DNA from: Trichoplax sp. H2
Taxonomy: Eukaryota
Assembly: GCA_003344405.1 (NCBI GenBank)
Contig: NOWV01000023.1
Coordinates: 558,001 to 622,000 of the forward strand
DNA: 64,000 bases
Direction of reading: 5' to 3'
Shown here: in pieces, positions 28,722 to 44,600 of the stretch
Numbering within the stretch: position 1 is the stretch's first letter
How the letters are laid out: each line of letters begins with the position of its first letter
Notes under the pieces: model-generated
Database searches by the model: none
Told to the model about the DNA's origin: nothing
The model's input: only the letters and a program-made list of their open reading frames with translations
Position numbers and translations under genes: made by a program

Positions 28722-29016
28722 TATTACAGGGACGTGACGAGCCCTCTAAAATGGCTGAAAGATGTTAACGTTCAGCTACAGTGTTGGCTTAAATTATGTC
28801 CTCAAATTTTGAAGAAATGTAGTTTCAATTTGGCTCCAATTTCCTGCAGACGGATCAGTACAACCTTGAGCAATTGGCTCTTGATGTTTTGATTACTTTT
28901 TATAGAAGTATTGAATAATTCTATTTCTTTCAAGTTTCAAATACAAACTATCAGTCGCTGTTACATGTACGGTCGCTCCTAGTCGCTCCGCCATTTTACA
29001 AGTCACGTTGTAATAC
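28722..29016 (+). mobile_element. Dispersed MITE-like repeat, copy A
   Basis: Aligns by eye along its length with the reverse complement of 52935-53195; imperfect terminal inverted repeats TATTACA..ACGTGAC..TAAAATGGC / GCCATTTTA..GTCACGTTGTAATA. Confidence 0.6.
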
Positions 29017-29225
29017 ATGCAGGTCTTTACGTCTTCATGGAGAAGTTCAGGAAATGAGAGGATCAGCCGTGTTCTACACTGTATAACTTGTACTAAAGTA
29101 TGGACTCGATCGCTATTGTACTGTAGTGCGCAGTATGATCAGAGATAGGGACCAGAGTCAGGCTGGGACTACCCTCAGTAGTCCGTGCCACAGTCCATCC
29201 GTTAGTAGTTCATGGTATGGATAAG

Positions 29226-29488
29226 GTACTGTACAGTACACTGTATTGTAGCACTACACACAACTCGCAAGTGGCACTACAGCCACTGGCAGTTGTATCT
29301 GACGAATAAAAAATTCTAGTGCTACAGTACTGTACTGGAACGGTACAGTGACGATACGGTTACAGTACTGACGTACAGTACTGTACACTGTAGTTGAGGG
29401 TGACACAGCACTGTACTACTGTAGTGTTGTTGAAGTGTGCGCATGCGTATTGATTAGTGTACAGCACAGTACTTACATTACAGTAGTT
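29226..29488. promoter_or_regulatory. RUVBL2 proximal promoter: TACAG/CTGTA arrays plus NRF1-like site
   Basis: Many tactgtacagta-type units; TGCGCATGCGTA at 29438-29449, about 50 bp before the ATG. Confidence 0.55.
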
Positions 29489-29501
29489 GGAACGGTCAAG
29501 C

Positions 29502-33167
<3,666 letters not shown>

Positions 33168-33663
33168 GCGATTACGTCTTGGCTACCTATGATTTTTTAA
33201 GATATTTGCCCTTAGAATGCGATGGCAATAATGCTATAGTACTTGTAGTGTATCAACATCGTGTACAATTACGTATTTATAGATATGATATCTCATCTTT
33301 GTTCTAGCAGTGGTCAATCCAATAGATTCATTATTGCTATTATTCCTCTATTCGATCGTGCATTTTCTGTCTACGAATTTTCGTGCAACTTATTGTACAT
33401 TATTGAACATAAAATAGATCGATTACTCGTTTATAATAAATTAACTGAATATTTTGATGCTGACATTTATGGCTAAACCTGAGTTGGTACAGAGCGTGTT
33501 GTATTAACAATGTTTTGCAGTTATTAATAGTATGTCTGATCATGGTATCTTTCTAGAAACTAGATGTCACCCTGAGTTAGGTTACTACTATTGTAAAGGA
33601 GACCAACTCCATTATACTAGTATAGTGGTTACGTTATTAGAATCAATGCTAAGAGAGTGACGA

Positions 33664-33700
33664 CACGGACTACTAATAGAGCTCTCTTAGTAGTCCCTAG
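33664..33700. repeat. Near-perfect 30-bp palindrome with CAC/CTAG flanks
   Basis: cac-GGACTACTAA t AGAGCTCT c TTAGTAGTCC-ctag; related inverted copy at 29163-29187. Confidence 0.7.
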
Positions 33701-33702
33701 TG

Positions 33703-34002
33703 ACAGGCAGTTGAAATCAAGTATGAGCCTGTAATGTTGTTAGATGTGTCCAATTTATGTTATTTTAATGCAGGTAACTTGTTTCATAAATCGTATCATT
33801 GCAGTTTTCATCATATAAATCAGTTATAACAACATGTTACTTTATTTGAATTAATGCTAGGAGTGTAACAGTCAGTTGAAATAAAGTATGAGCTTGTAAT
33901 GGTTGCTAGAAGTGTCCGATTTATTTTAATGAGATGGCTTGAAAATTGTTTCAGAAATCCTATCAGTGCAATTCTCATCGTACAAATTAGTTATAACAAC
34001 AT
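33703..34002. repeat. Direct duplication of ~135 bp
   Basis: 33703-33835 vs 33868-34002: cagttgaaat.aagtatgagc.tgtaatg...agttataacaacat. Confidence 0.8.
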
Positions 34003-34719
34003 TAAGATTCAAAAAATGTTGTACAGCATATATAGTTATACACAAGGGCCAATAGTGACAGAGTAACGAATACCATTAAAATAAAGGGCTATGTATCACC
34101 AATGATAGAATCGTTTGTTTCTTGTAAATAATATTTTAAGATATACAGGAAAAAGTTATATTTTTTATCGTATTACTGATTACCAAAATCTGCAGTTGCT
34201 ACAGATATCTTACTGTGCGTGTGTCATACAGCAAAAGTCATTCTCTTGTTGATGATTGGTTCCCCCCCCCCAAATAAAAAAAGATTTCTTAGAATAATTC
34301 GTCATTAGCCAGCAAATACCGTATAATATATTGCAACATTTCATTGGGCAACTATTAAATTAGTGTAGTATAAATGGTATACGCATATGGCAAATGTTAG
34401 AAGACATAATTTTATGTCGTGTAACGCTTGCAACAGAGATCCCAATTTTGACAATAAACCAAATAAATGAGGCGTGAATAAATACATGAACACCTAATTT
34501 GTCGATTAATTAATTACATTATTCAGTGCAGTGCTGTAATATACGAGCAACTTATTGCGGAGTAGTTTAAATAATGCAGCCTTTAGTATAAAGGAATATT
34601 TTAATAAGAGTATGATCTAAGCAGGGTATGGAGGGTTTATTGCGTTGTAATTGTAAATATCTTTACTAACACGTGCAATATTCAGCACGACTTGTTCATC
34701 ATCGCTTTGCTATTTAATG

Positions 34720-36125
34720 CTATGGAAGTAGCGTAATTCGATTATTGTTGGATTCTTTACGTGCTTCCTCCTGATGAATCCGCTGATTTAACATGTCCAT
34801 GATAACCTTTTCAGAGTTACGTATGCTATTTTGAATATTCGTTGCAACAAATGCTAATGGATTGAAGGGTAGTTTAACTGGAGTTCTTTTGAAGCGGATA
34901 CTTATCGGGCTCCGTGCTACACAATCAAGTTTCAATTTCGTAGGATTAAGGTTGAGAAATTGAGATATACGGTGCATTTCAGAGCGGAGGCTTGTTACCA
35001 AATTGGAGTAATGCACTATCAGAATTGGACCATCGTAGGCTAAATAGGTTTTATAGTATTTTTCCCAATTTTTACCAGCAGATCTGACGTGATTTTCCCA
35101 TAAATTACCTGCGTAAAATAGACGTAATTAACTTTCATTCATTTTAATTTTGATGCATTAGAAATGATGCCGTTATACTGTAATAGTAGCAGCCAAGGTA
35201 TCATTTATACAGTCATCGTATTATTGCAATAAAAGATATTTTAATCAGATTTTTAGAATGATTACACCATCGAAACGTAAGAGACATTTTTTAGTCGTTT
35301 ATCTCGATTGATAGTATGAGAAATATTGAAAGATGGAATACTTATTTAATCAAGGATAGAAGATATTATACTGCACATTAGTACTGGTACACATACGATT
35401 TAGGTATCGAGATCTCGAGGCTACAATTTGTCGGGGTTTAGAATAGAGCCCATCAAAAGAAACGCGAAGGCATTCGAATGGGGAGCGAACCACAACGATG
35501 ACTTTATCTACAGGACCAACAAGGTTTAAATAGTTAGTTTCAACAGCTACTACCGAGGCTCCTAAAATAGAAGAAAATGGAAAAATGTAGAAGATTAATT
35601 GTTCACGTCCCGGCATTAGAAAATGCCTCATCTTAAGGTTGGAGGCTTTGAAAGAAAAGTTTCGTATAGATCAATGTAATAAGGTTGGTATAAAAATTAT
35701 TATCAAAGGTATAAAAGGAGGAGAAAAATTCCAAAGTACAGTACAGTGATCATGTAGCATATCATGAGAGAAGAAGAAAATGATCATCAGCGTGCTGAAT
35801 AAACCGACTAACCTGTACGACCGTATATATTTCCGACATGATGTCCTGAAATTTGTTGTATTATATAACGAACCCATTGAGTACCACATCCAGGAGGACC
35901 AACTAATGCAGTGACAGGAGAGTTACGTTTGATGTAGGATAATCGTTCAGAACATTCGCCTTTGGCTTCGAGGACAGAATAGTAAATTAAACGCGCTGGT
36001 GCTACAACGACTAAAACAATAAATATCGATGCCAAAAAAAAGGCAAAAGCGCACTCGCTGGCTGAAAAATAAGAAATTGTCCGATGTTGCAATTTTCGTC
36101 GTCGATGGTGATAGAGATTGTCCAT
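34720..36125 (-). CDS. WSCD1/2-type sulfotransferase-like type II membrane protein without WSC domain, paralog 1
   Basis: Exons 36125-35813, 35561-35397 and 35108-34720; N-terminal TM helix, PVTALVGPPGCGTQWVRYII (cf. WSCD ALASFPGAGNTW), VVVRSPFEC, ILIVHYSNL, LDCVARS..FKR..FNP. Confidence 0.8.
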
Positions 36126-36626
36126 TGTAATAAGGATTGCCGGCGCTACGTCTGAGCAACGAGACAGTATGGATAAAACTACTGTATTATGTTGGATAGG
36201 ACACGATCATTTCGTAGATAATCAATCTCCATGCTGCCAAAGTACAATGCTATCCTATAGCGCTACGTAGTACCTGCTAAACGATTGAAAAAAATGGCCC
36301 AATGGATTGTACTTCATGAATCATCTCTACGAAAGCATTAGCGTACCATTCTACAATCATGGACATACACTATAGAGGCCAATTTTCTGATAGGAAACTG
36401 CAATGCGATTTCATCGGCCACGCCGCCAGGTATATTTATTATTTTTATTTATTTATTTATTATTATCCTTAATGAAAGTCAACGTCAGCACAGTTTAGTA
36501 TAGCTTTTGGACCTAATGAAGACAAGAGGAAAAATTGACCCAAAGGCAGTCGAGCAATATGCAGCCTTTGCTCTTGCACGGTAGACTCAAGTGCTGTACG
36601 GTATAATGTAATTACTTTCTGTTTCA

Positions 36627-36695
36627 CGTACTGTAGACTCGGACCAAGTACTGTACAGTACGGTACAGTACAGTACAATACTGTACTGTACTGTA
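36627..36695. repeat. TACAG/CTGTA pentamer array upstream of WSCD-like paralog 1
   Basis: gtactgtacagtacggtacagtacagtacaatactgtactgtactgtag; smaller clusters at ~37031-37052 and ~37679-37707. Confidence 0.8.
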
Positions 36696-37087
36696 GAAGA
36701 AAGCTTCAACCATGGTACTGAGTCTGTGCAGTGCACCCTGGAACCATGATACTGTAATGAAGATCGTGTACTCCAGATTGACCTAATTACTGTGCTGTAG
36801 ATCTTGTGATCTTTATTAAGGTTCAGCAGTTTTTTGCGATTTGTGTTGTATCTCAACTCAAACGTGAAAGGTGCACATTACTGTCGGTCATTGACGATTG
36901 ATCGCCATTACTGTAATACTGCTGTGTAGATTTTAGATCTTCCAAGTTTCTCGAATCTGTTTTTTTTCTACAGTCCATTGTAATAAGGGTTACACCAGTA
37001 CAGTAAGTAATTGGACAAGAAACAGCATCATACTGTACTGTAGTGTACAGTAGAAATTCAGAAAGAGAACTCTACCAGCTGGTACAC

Positions 37088-37165
37088 ATTGGGAGATGAG
37101 GAAAATGACATCAATTTGTTCACTGTATCGTGAACAAATTGATGTCATTTTCCTCATCACCCAAT
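37088..37165. other. Long inverted repeat: 36-bp arms, 1 mismatch, 6-nt loop
   Basis: attgggAgatgaggaaaatgacatcaatttgttcac-tgtatc-gtgaacaaattgatgtcattttcctcatcAcccaat. Confidence 0.92.
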
Positions 37166-38570
37166 CTTTCAATGTTATTTTATAATCCCTTTCCATTCGA
37201 AAGTAAGAGTGGGGAATGGGGAGATGCGAGTTAGGGTCAAATTTGTTCTTGAGTAGTCCCTGACTCCACACCACTTTACTAAGTATACTCTAGGGCGTGC
37301 AGTAGATAGATATTCAATAATTTGTTCGGATTTTACATCGGATGTGTATTCGCAAAAGATCAATTTGGAATGGTTTAAGGGCTCGATGGAATAACTTACC
37401 GGCGTTCCTGCCGTTGCCCAGCCAATAAATAATCAAAAGTTACGTTACAATATTCGTCATGTCATTGACTCTTTCCTTTACGACCACTGGCAATAATATC
37501 CACAAAAATGCCCAGATGTACTTACACCGTAAGCTGTTATTCCGTATTAACAGTGACACATATTAAAGTAATTTTGCAGGGGGGGGGACACAAAATGTGA
37601 TGCAATCTAGTAGAAGTCAAAAATAAAAAGAAGTGCTTGTATTCTAAGAGGAAAACTGCGATCCATCTGCAAAGATGCTACAGTAAATATAGCAGTACAG
37701 TACTGTAATTAAAATGAGCAGAGGAAACTGGCCAGATCTAATTTGAGAATGTATCTACTAGAAATTCTATCGCACACAGTATACACTTAGTACGCTTGCA
37801 TAGAGAATATAAATGAAGTGCAGTTTCTTAACACTTATACGTATATGATTCCTTTTATTATCAACACAAATTACATTATGATCAGGCATGTTTTCTTTTT
37901 TCGACGGTTAATAATCACATTGAACCACATAGTCTTGTAAAGAACAACATCAGGATAGTCATTTTTTTTCGAGTCCAATCATCTGATATTAATCAATAAA
38001 AACCGCGTATGCCTGTTAAAATATTGTTCAATTCTGATAAACTGAATGTTATGTATACGCAGTGATAAGATGATACGGTAATAGCGATGAGTAGCATAAG
38101 AAATCCGAAGGTTATGCGTATATGAGTGTACGATGTATACTTATAAATATGCTAAGCTAACGCAATAAAGGAGTTTTTAATTACATAAGCTTGTGCGCGT
38201 CACGGTGCCACTATTTGTAAAAGTTCTACTAGCCAGAGACATAACACTGAATACTGAGTAATATCGTATCCATTCCTGTTATGGCCTTAGTCTGCAATTA
38301 TTTTAAGTACTTCGGTGTTAACGCGGATATTACTTCAGTTTTCAATATAATATCCATGATGCACGCTATAGTAACTTTGGATTGTCCATATAATTTATGC
38401 GAAAGAAAAATTGTTAACTGAGGAAATAAACGTTGAATGACATCTTATTGATTGATTGAGGAATTATATTATTACTATCTTCACTTTATAACTTTAATCT
38501 CGAATATACCATAGAATTGTATAATTGCCATCTTGAATGGATATGTCTATTCATAAATAGACGTAGAACA

Positions 38571-39821
38571 TCATTTATTCGAATTTTTATCATGGCATCG
38601 TTGATTGATTAATTTCATGATAGTTATTTTGGAGGTATTAACCAGATGGTGAACTTCAGGCTTAAGCAGTTTATATGGATTAAACGATAACGGGGCGGGC
38701 ATACGCTTATATTTTCGAATCTTATAACTTCGAGCAACACAACTAAATTTTCTATTATCAGCAGAGATTTTTAGAAATTTAGCTAGTCGATGCATTTCAT
38801 ATTTGAGATTACTCTTTAAATTGGAATGATTAACAAACAGTATGGGTCCACGAAAGGCTAGATAATTCATATATAGTTTTTTCCATAGTAGGATAGCAGA
38901 AGTCGCGTGTTTTCTCCATTTATCGCCTACATTTGCAAGGAAATTAAGATTAATAACAATAACTAATTGATACCAATGTATTTCCGAGATCATACATTTG
39001 TATTATAATATGTGATCTCGATCTTTAATGATATGATAATTACGTCTCAAATATATTGAAGCATGATGAGAGTATAGACAAGGCCAACAAAAAACAAAAA
39101 AAAAACAAGACTGAAAAAATTATAAACTATCCTGCAATTATTGATTAATAAAGTTTTATTGCCCACATGGGATATAACTTACTGTGCTCCAAGTAATGTA
39201 ACCTAAATCGAACATCAGGCAAATGTTGTTTTTCGTAGGAAACACGCATACATTCATAAGGATCTCGAATAATGACGATAGCCCTATCAACCGGGCCAAT
39301 GAGATTCATATAATTAGCCTCAACGGCAATTGCTGAAGCACCTGCAATCAAATAGGTTTAACGATACAGTTAATATAATAAATTAATAGATGTGTCCAGT
39401 AGTAACTGGCTGAAACATATACCAGTACATTTTAGTCTACTTGTATAAAACATTGAAGCATACATAACGATCCAAATGATATCTATTTTTAAAATTCATC
39501 CTTTTATTTACCTGTATGATCGTAGACATTACCGACATGGTATCCAGATATTTCCTGTACCATATAACTTACCCAATCGTTACCGCATCCTGGAGGGCTG
39601 ACTAACGCTGTTACGGGTACTTGCCGATTATAATAGGATAGGTAATAAGAACATTTTCCAGTGGCTGTTTGAACTGTTAAAATTATGATAAACATTGGTA
39701 AAACTACTAAGGTTAAAATTAGAAGCAGGATTAAAAACCAAATACAACGTCGCTCCGATGGCGTTATATACGATGAGGAAGATTTAAAGCTATGGACACG
39801 GCCGCTAACTCGGTACCCCAT
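38571..39821 (-). CDS. WSCD1/2-type sulfotransferase-like type II membrane protein without WSC domain, paralog 2
   Basis: Exons 39821-39512, 39341-39183 and 38926-38571 with the same intron positions and phases as paralog 1; PVTALVSPPGCGNDWVSY, IIRDPYEC, GPILFVNHSNL, FSCVARS..YKR..SFNPY. Confidence 0.8.
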
Positions 39822-41618
39822 CTTTCAAAAGCATTCCATACGTTGAGTAAAGTAATAAATTATAAATAATTTACTGGAATTTTCACTTCGTTATTCGGCG
39901 TTGAAAATGAATATCAGTAGAGTTTATTGACAAAATAGATCTGTTCAGTCTTTATCCGTTGTTTTTAATCATGAGCCACACGCATGATTGCTTGTGCAAT
40001 GTGCATGGATACAATTCGTTGCCATCTATGCTAAATTTTTCTTGAAAGAAACGTTTATCAAAAAGATTGAAGAAACCCTTTCTAAAAATGATCATTTATG
40101 GGTTCTTATTTAAAACCCTAGAAGACGAGATATGATTTAACGCTATAATAGCTTTATAGTTTATATATAATGATAACTTTGACTATCAATACTAACATCA
40201 ATTATAACAAAACTGCCTCCGTTCTATTAATCAGTATGTCTCTTTTATGTCTAGACAAAAAGGTGATTTGATTATTGCACTATGTTTAACAATGTACATT
40301 GTATTAATTTTTTACCACTATTTATATGATAATTTTCACCATTATTTTAAACGCAAATACGCAATAAAGATAATATTGATAATTACAATCGTAGAGATAA
40401 AATGTTATGAATGATCTAGATACACGTATTTGGAGACAAGATGCTCCAGACTTTATTTGCTATTTATTAATTTTTATGTCTTAAATTAGATGGCGAAAAG
40501 CAAAGAGATTACAGTTTCCTTAACTCATAAATGTAACAAGATGGGCAATCTCAAGGAATATAATAGGGTTTTTTACTTTATATTAAGAATATAGCCAGAG
40601 CTATGATTACAATAATTGTCATTACTGTCGATTTTACATAACAAAATTTACCTTATTGATCTATAGAAGACGTTAAGGACTCGTTCACGATCTCTTTGAA
40701 AGATCGCTTATGTTATATAATAAATATCAAGATGTATTGTGATAAGAACTTTTACATGCTAGAAGTCGATGCTATCAAACGCAAAGGAATACTCTATATG
40801 CAATTTTGAAATTTTGAAGATTTAGTTAGAATCTGCAGACCCTATTCTAATATATTTCGTGAGATTAGCCTATTGTTTGAACACTGACATTAAAATGCAA
40901 TAGCAGTATTTCGTCACGACAGTATATTTGCAGCAGCATGCAAAGATTGATTATAAAATATTAGAATCGTATAACTTCTTCTACTAGTTAATTATAAATC
41001 ACAACCAAATCTCATGATCTTCAAATTTATTCTTTATTACTGCATAATAACATTTGCAATAATCAAATATATTTTGCTAATTATTGCATGATAATAATTC
41101 AGTATAGACTCCGATGAGATCACAAAGACTTCATGTTAAATATTGACAGCAATTTGTTCTATATCTTCGCTTAGAAGAAGAATTTCTCATCGAAAATAAT
41201 CCGATACAGTTAATTAGCTGTTACAATTTAGGATATTATTGATCAAAATATCGCATATATTTGCTCAATAATGGTATTTAATAATGCCTAAGGAAAACTT
41301 ATTACAAGAATAGGCAGTAAAATATCATTTGCATTAAAAATAGCATCATAGCGACTGTTAGATATTGTTTGATAAAATTTAATAAATGAATTTTTCGAGT
41401 TTTGACCCGATACTGATATAAGACATCGTAATCCAAGCATCTTCTTAAAAAATAAAGTTCATAATATGGCCTGATATAGCTTTTATTTGGCTCTATATAT
41501 CTGTAAGCTTTCGAATAATAAGAGCACATATAGTTTCAGAAGATTAATTATAACAAGTAGAATGTCTCGCTTTATTTAATTATAATACAATGTGGAAGAA
41601 ATTCAAAAAATGATTCCA

Positions 41619-44600
41619 TCAAGTATTTTTTTCAGCTACTTTAAATTGATGATTAATGGAAGCTGTCCGTGATCGAGAAACCCGAACTGAAAGTCGTCTT
41701 TCTTTAACCAATACAAGCTTTCCTTCAATCAATTCACTATAAAAGATTAAAGAAATTTGTTGATTAGTACATTGACTAGCATAAGAAACACAGAATTAAC
41801 CTAACGTTAATAATGAAATTCAAAATTGAAGTATTAATATTCAACAACAGTTTGTCGATAAGAACATTAAGTTCTACAGCAAACACGGAATTAACTTAAA
41901 TTTAACAACAAAATCCAAAATTTAAATATTGATCTTCAACTTGCCTATATTGAATTTTGTTGTCCTTATTGGTATCGAGGTAATCGATTAGTAAATCTAG
42001 TTGTTTCTATATTAAAGAAAATTACATATAAGCGAATTAATTTTCGTGGCTATGTGTTTTACAATCTAAATTGAATACTGCTTTATTTATACATTATAAT
42101 TATTAGAGGAAGGTTCATAAATACTTATATACAGGAAAAAAAATAAATTTGTGCAAGGAATTGAAGAATTCAAATTTATTACACAGTTTTATATTTCTTT
42201 AAGTGGCTTACCGAGCTCATTTCTAATCCGGTCTCTTTCAAGCCACATTTTAACTCATCTTTCGATATGTCTCCACTTTTATCTTTATCGAACCTTATAA
42301 ATATGTCTATCAAGCGCCATCGATTAAGCTTTATGAAGTCATCCAATAATTCCATTGGTGTTATCGATTTCTATATCATCATCAAATTGAAATGGTTTAT
42401 TAAAATCATATCATAAACCATTTACTGAAAATAAACCGAGATTTTATTTTATTTAAACTAAAAATAATCCCTATGGAGTATTATTACTGCAACACCTTAA
42501 ATTAAACAGTTTCTTACAAAAATCTCAGCTTGTGGTAATGCGTATCTACTTACTATAGGCTTCTGGTATCCGCCTTTTCCACCGTGAAATATTTTAATAT
42601 TTCGAACTTCCATTAACTCTTCAATTTCATCATGCATTTTTCTTGATACAGTAATTTCCTACGAAATGTTTCAAAACGTTGAATTAAGAATTTCTTTTAA
42701 GTGTACTAAGGCTTCACCGCATACGCAAGCAAGCATTGTTGGTTATCAAATCGATTCTATACTTACTTCTAAGCCTAAAACTTTCAGTAAATCATTATTC
42801 TTGGCACCATTTAAAATAGCTTCAACACCTTTATTACCGACTGGATTAGTGCTAATCTGTTAAAAGCATAGTGATATTGGTTATCTTACAGTACATAGTA
42901 TATCATTTTGATTCAGACATGTTGAATGCACTTGCTTCAGGCAATGATATTATTAGCTATATTTGTAGAAGTAGACTATCACATGCTGAAATTATCTTAA
43001 CCTAAACATGATGTTTTAATTCGGTCGAAAATGTTTTAATTAATAAAAGGGAAATAATTATACATTTGGTATAGATGTTGAGTATAACTAAATTTAAAGT
43101 TGAATATCAGACAAAATTACAGTTAAATATTATTAATAAATTATCACCTTGAAATGTGTTAATGCGTTATTAACTCCTAAACATTTTCCTAGTTTGATAG
43201 CTCCAATTTCTCCTATACGATTATTACTGAAAAGTAACCATTGGAAATTGAAAAATTAGAGCCTGGTTATCAAAGGTTTCATATCACAATGTATACCATA
43301 TGATCTATTACGTGGACAGATAAAATTACGTAAAAGAATACTATTGATTAATACTCCTAAGATTAATTAGCGGGCTTGTTTTACTATTTCTGCAATTCAA
43401 AATTGCATCTGTTGCCGAATAATGCACGGTACGTTAATATATATAGCATATGCCTATTAATGTCGTAGGTAATGGAATTTTGCTAAAAGTATTGCGACTG
43501 TATTAGAAAAGACATTGGTTATAGACATATTCGGCTACTATAAATACATTATAATTCCGTTTCATTTTAAGGAAAATGAATTAATATTAAGAAACGGAAC
43601 ATTTTAATATTTTACAAGGCAAAAGATAATACTATTAATATGATTCATTAAATGTCGATTAAGACCTCAAATTGGAAATAATTAATGCACTTAGGTGCCA
43701 TACTGTGATTGTTATTCTACTTACCTAATATCTAATCTTTGAAGAGTAGTATTCTTTCTTAAAAATTTCGCCAAAGCAAAAGCTCCTACATCTGAGATAC
43801 CGTTCCAAGCTAGATTTAAGGAAACTAGCGTTGTATTTAACTAGAATAAATGTAAGAGGTTATGAATTACTTAGATGTTCATGCTTTACTATCAATTAAA
43901 GTTAAATGGAAGAAATTATTTAGAAGAAAGTTGAACTTTGGTTTTAATCACCCTTAAAGATTTGGCTAAAGCCACTCCACCACGGCCACGAATGGAATTC
44001 CAACTAAGATCCATAACATCAAGATTTCCATTTTCTGCCTACATATCATTAAAACGTAAATGTATTATACAAGTTTTATCTTGGTTATAATATGCAGAAG
44101 CGGTTCAAATTAGTCTTTCCCCGCTGTTTAGCTATAAATTTTTTAATTCTCTTACGATTCCGTTAGCTAAACTGATTGCTCCTAACTCTCCAAATTCATT
44201 GTGGCTCAAGTCCAAATACGATAAGGTTGTATTGGCTTTCAGTGCTCCAGCAAATGTTGCAGCATTTTGATCAGTAATATGATTTCCTTTGTAATAGTAA
44301 AGGATCAGTTTTCAGTTTACTTATATTAGCTACAGTCAATTTTAAGCAAATTAAAAATGTAGAACTTGCACTGTATGCCTTAATTTAGCGTGTAAAATTA
44401 TCTTTAAGATAAATTGAAATAAAATTTTTTAACTGTATTATCAAAATACCTTTAATGATTAAAGTTCGTAGCGTTGTGTTTGAAAATAACATCTTTGCAA
44501 AAGCATTTGCCCCTTCTGAACCGATAAAGTTATCGGAAATATTCTACGAAGCAAGCAATAAAGCAAAATTAGTTAACCTGCATTAAATAACACTGTTATT

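Noticed and set aside
35608..35646. Possible 39-nt cassette exon in WSCD-like paralog 1 intron 1
   Set aside because: It would leave a ~45-nt downstream intron, has no counterpart in paralog 2 and does not restore KTH
37211..37236. G-rich stretch as a G-quadruplex
   Set aside because: Only three closely spaced G-runs
34262..37587. C10 run (34262-34271) and G9 run (37579-37587) flanking WSCD-like paralog 1 as possible transposon termini
   Set aside because: No inverted similarity beyond the homopolymers and no TSD
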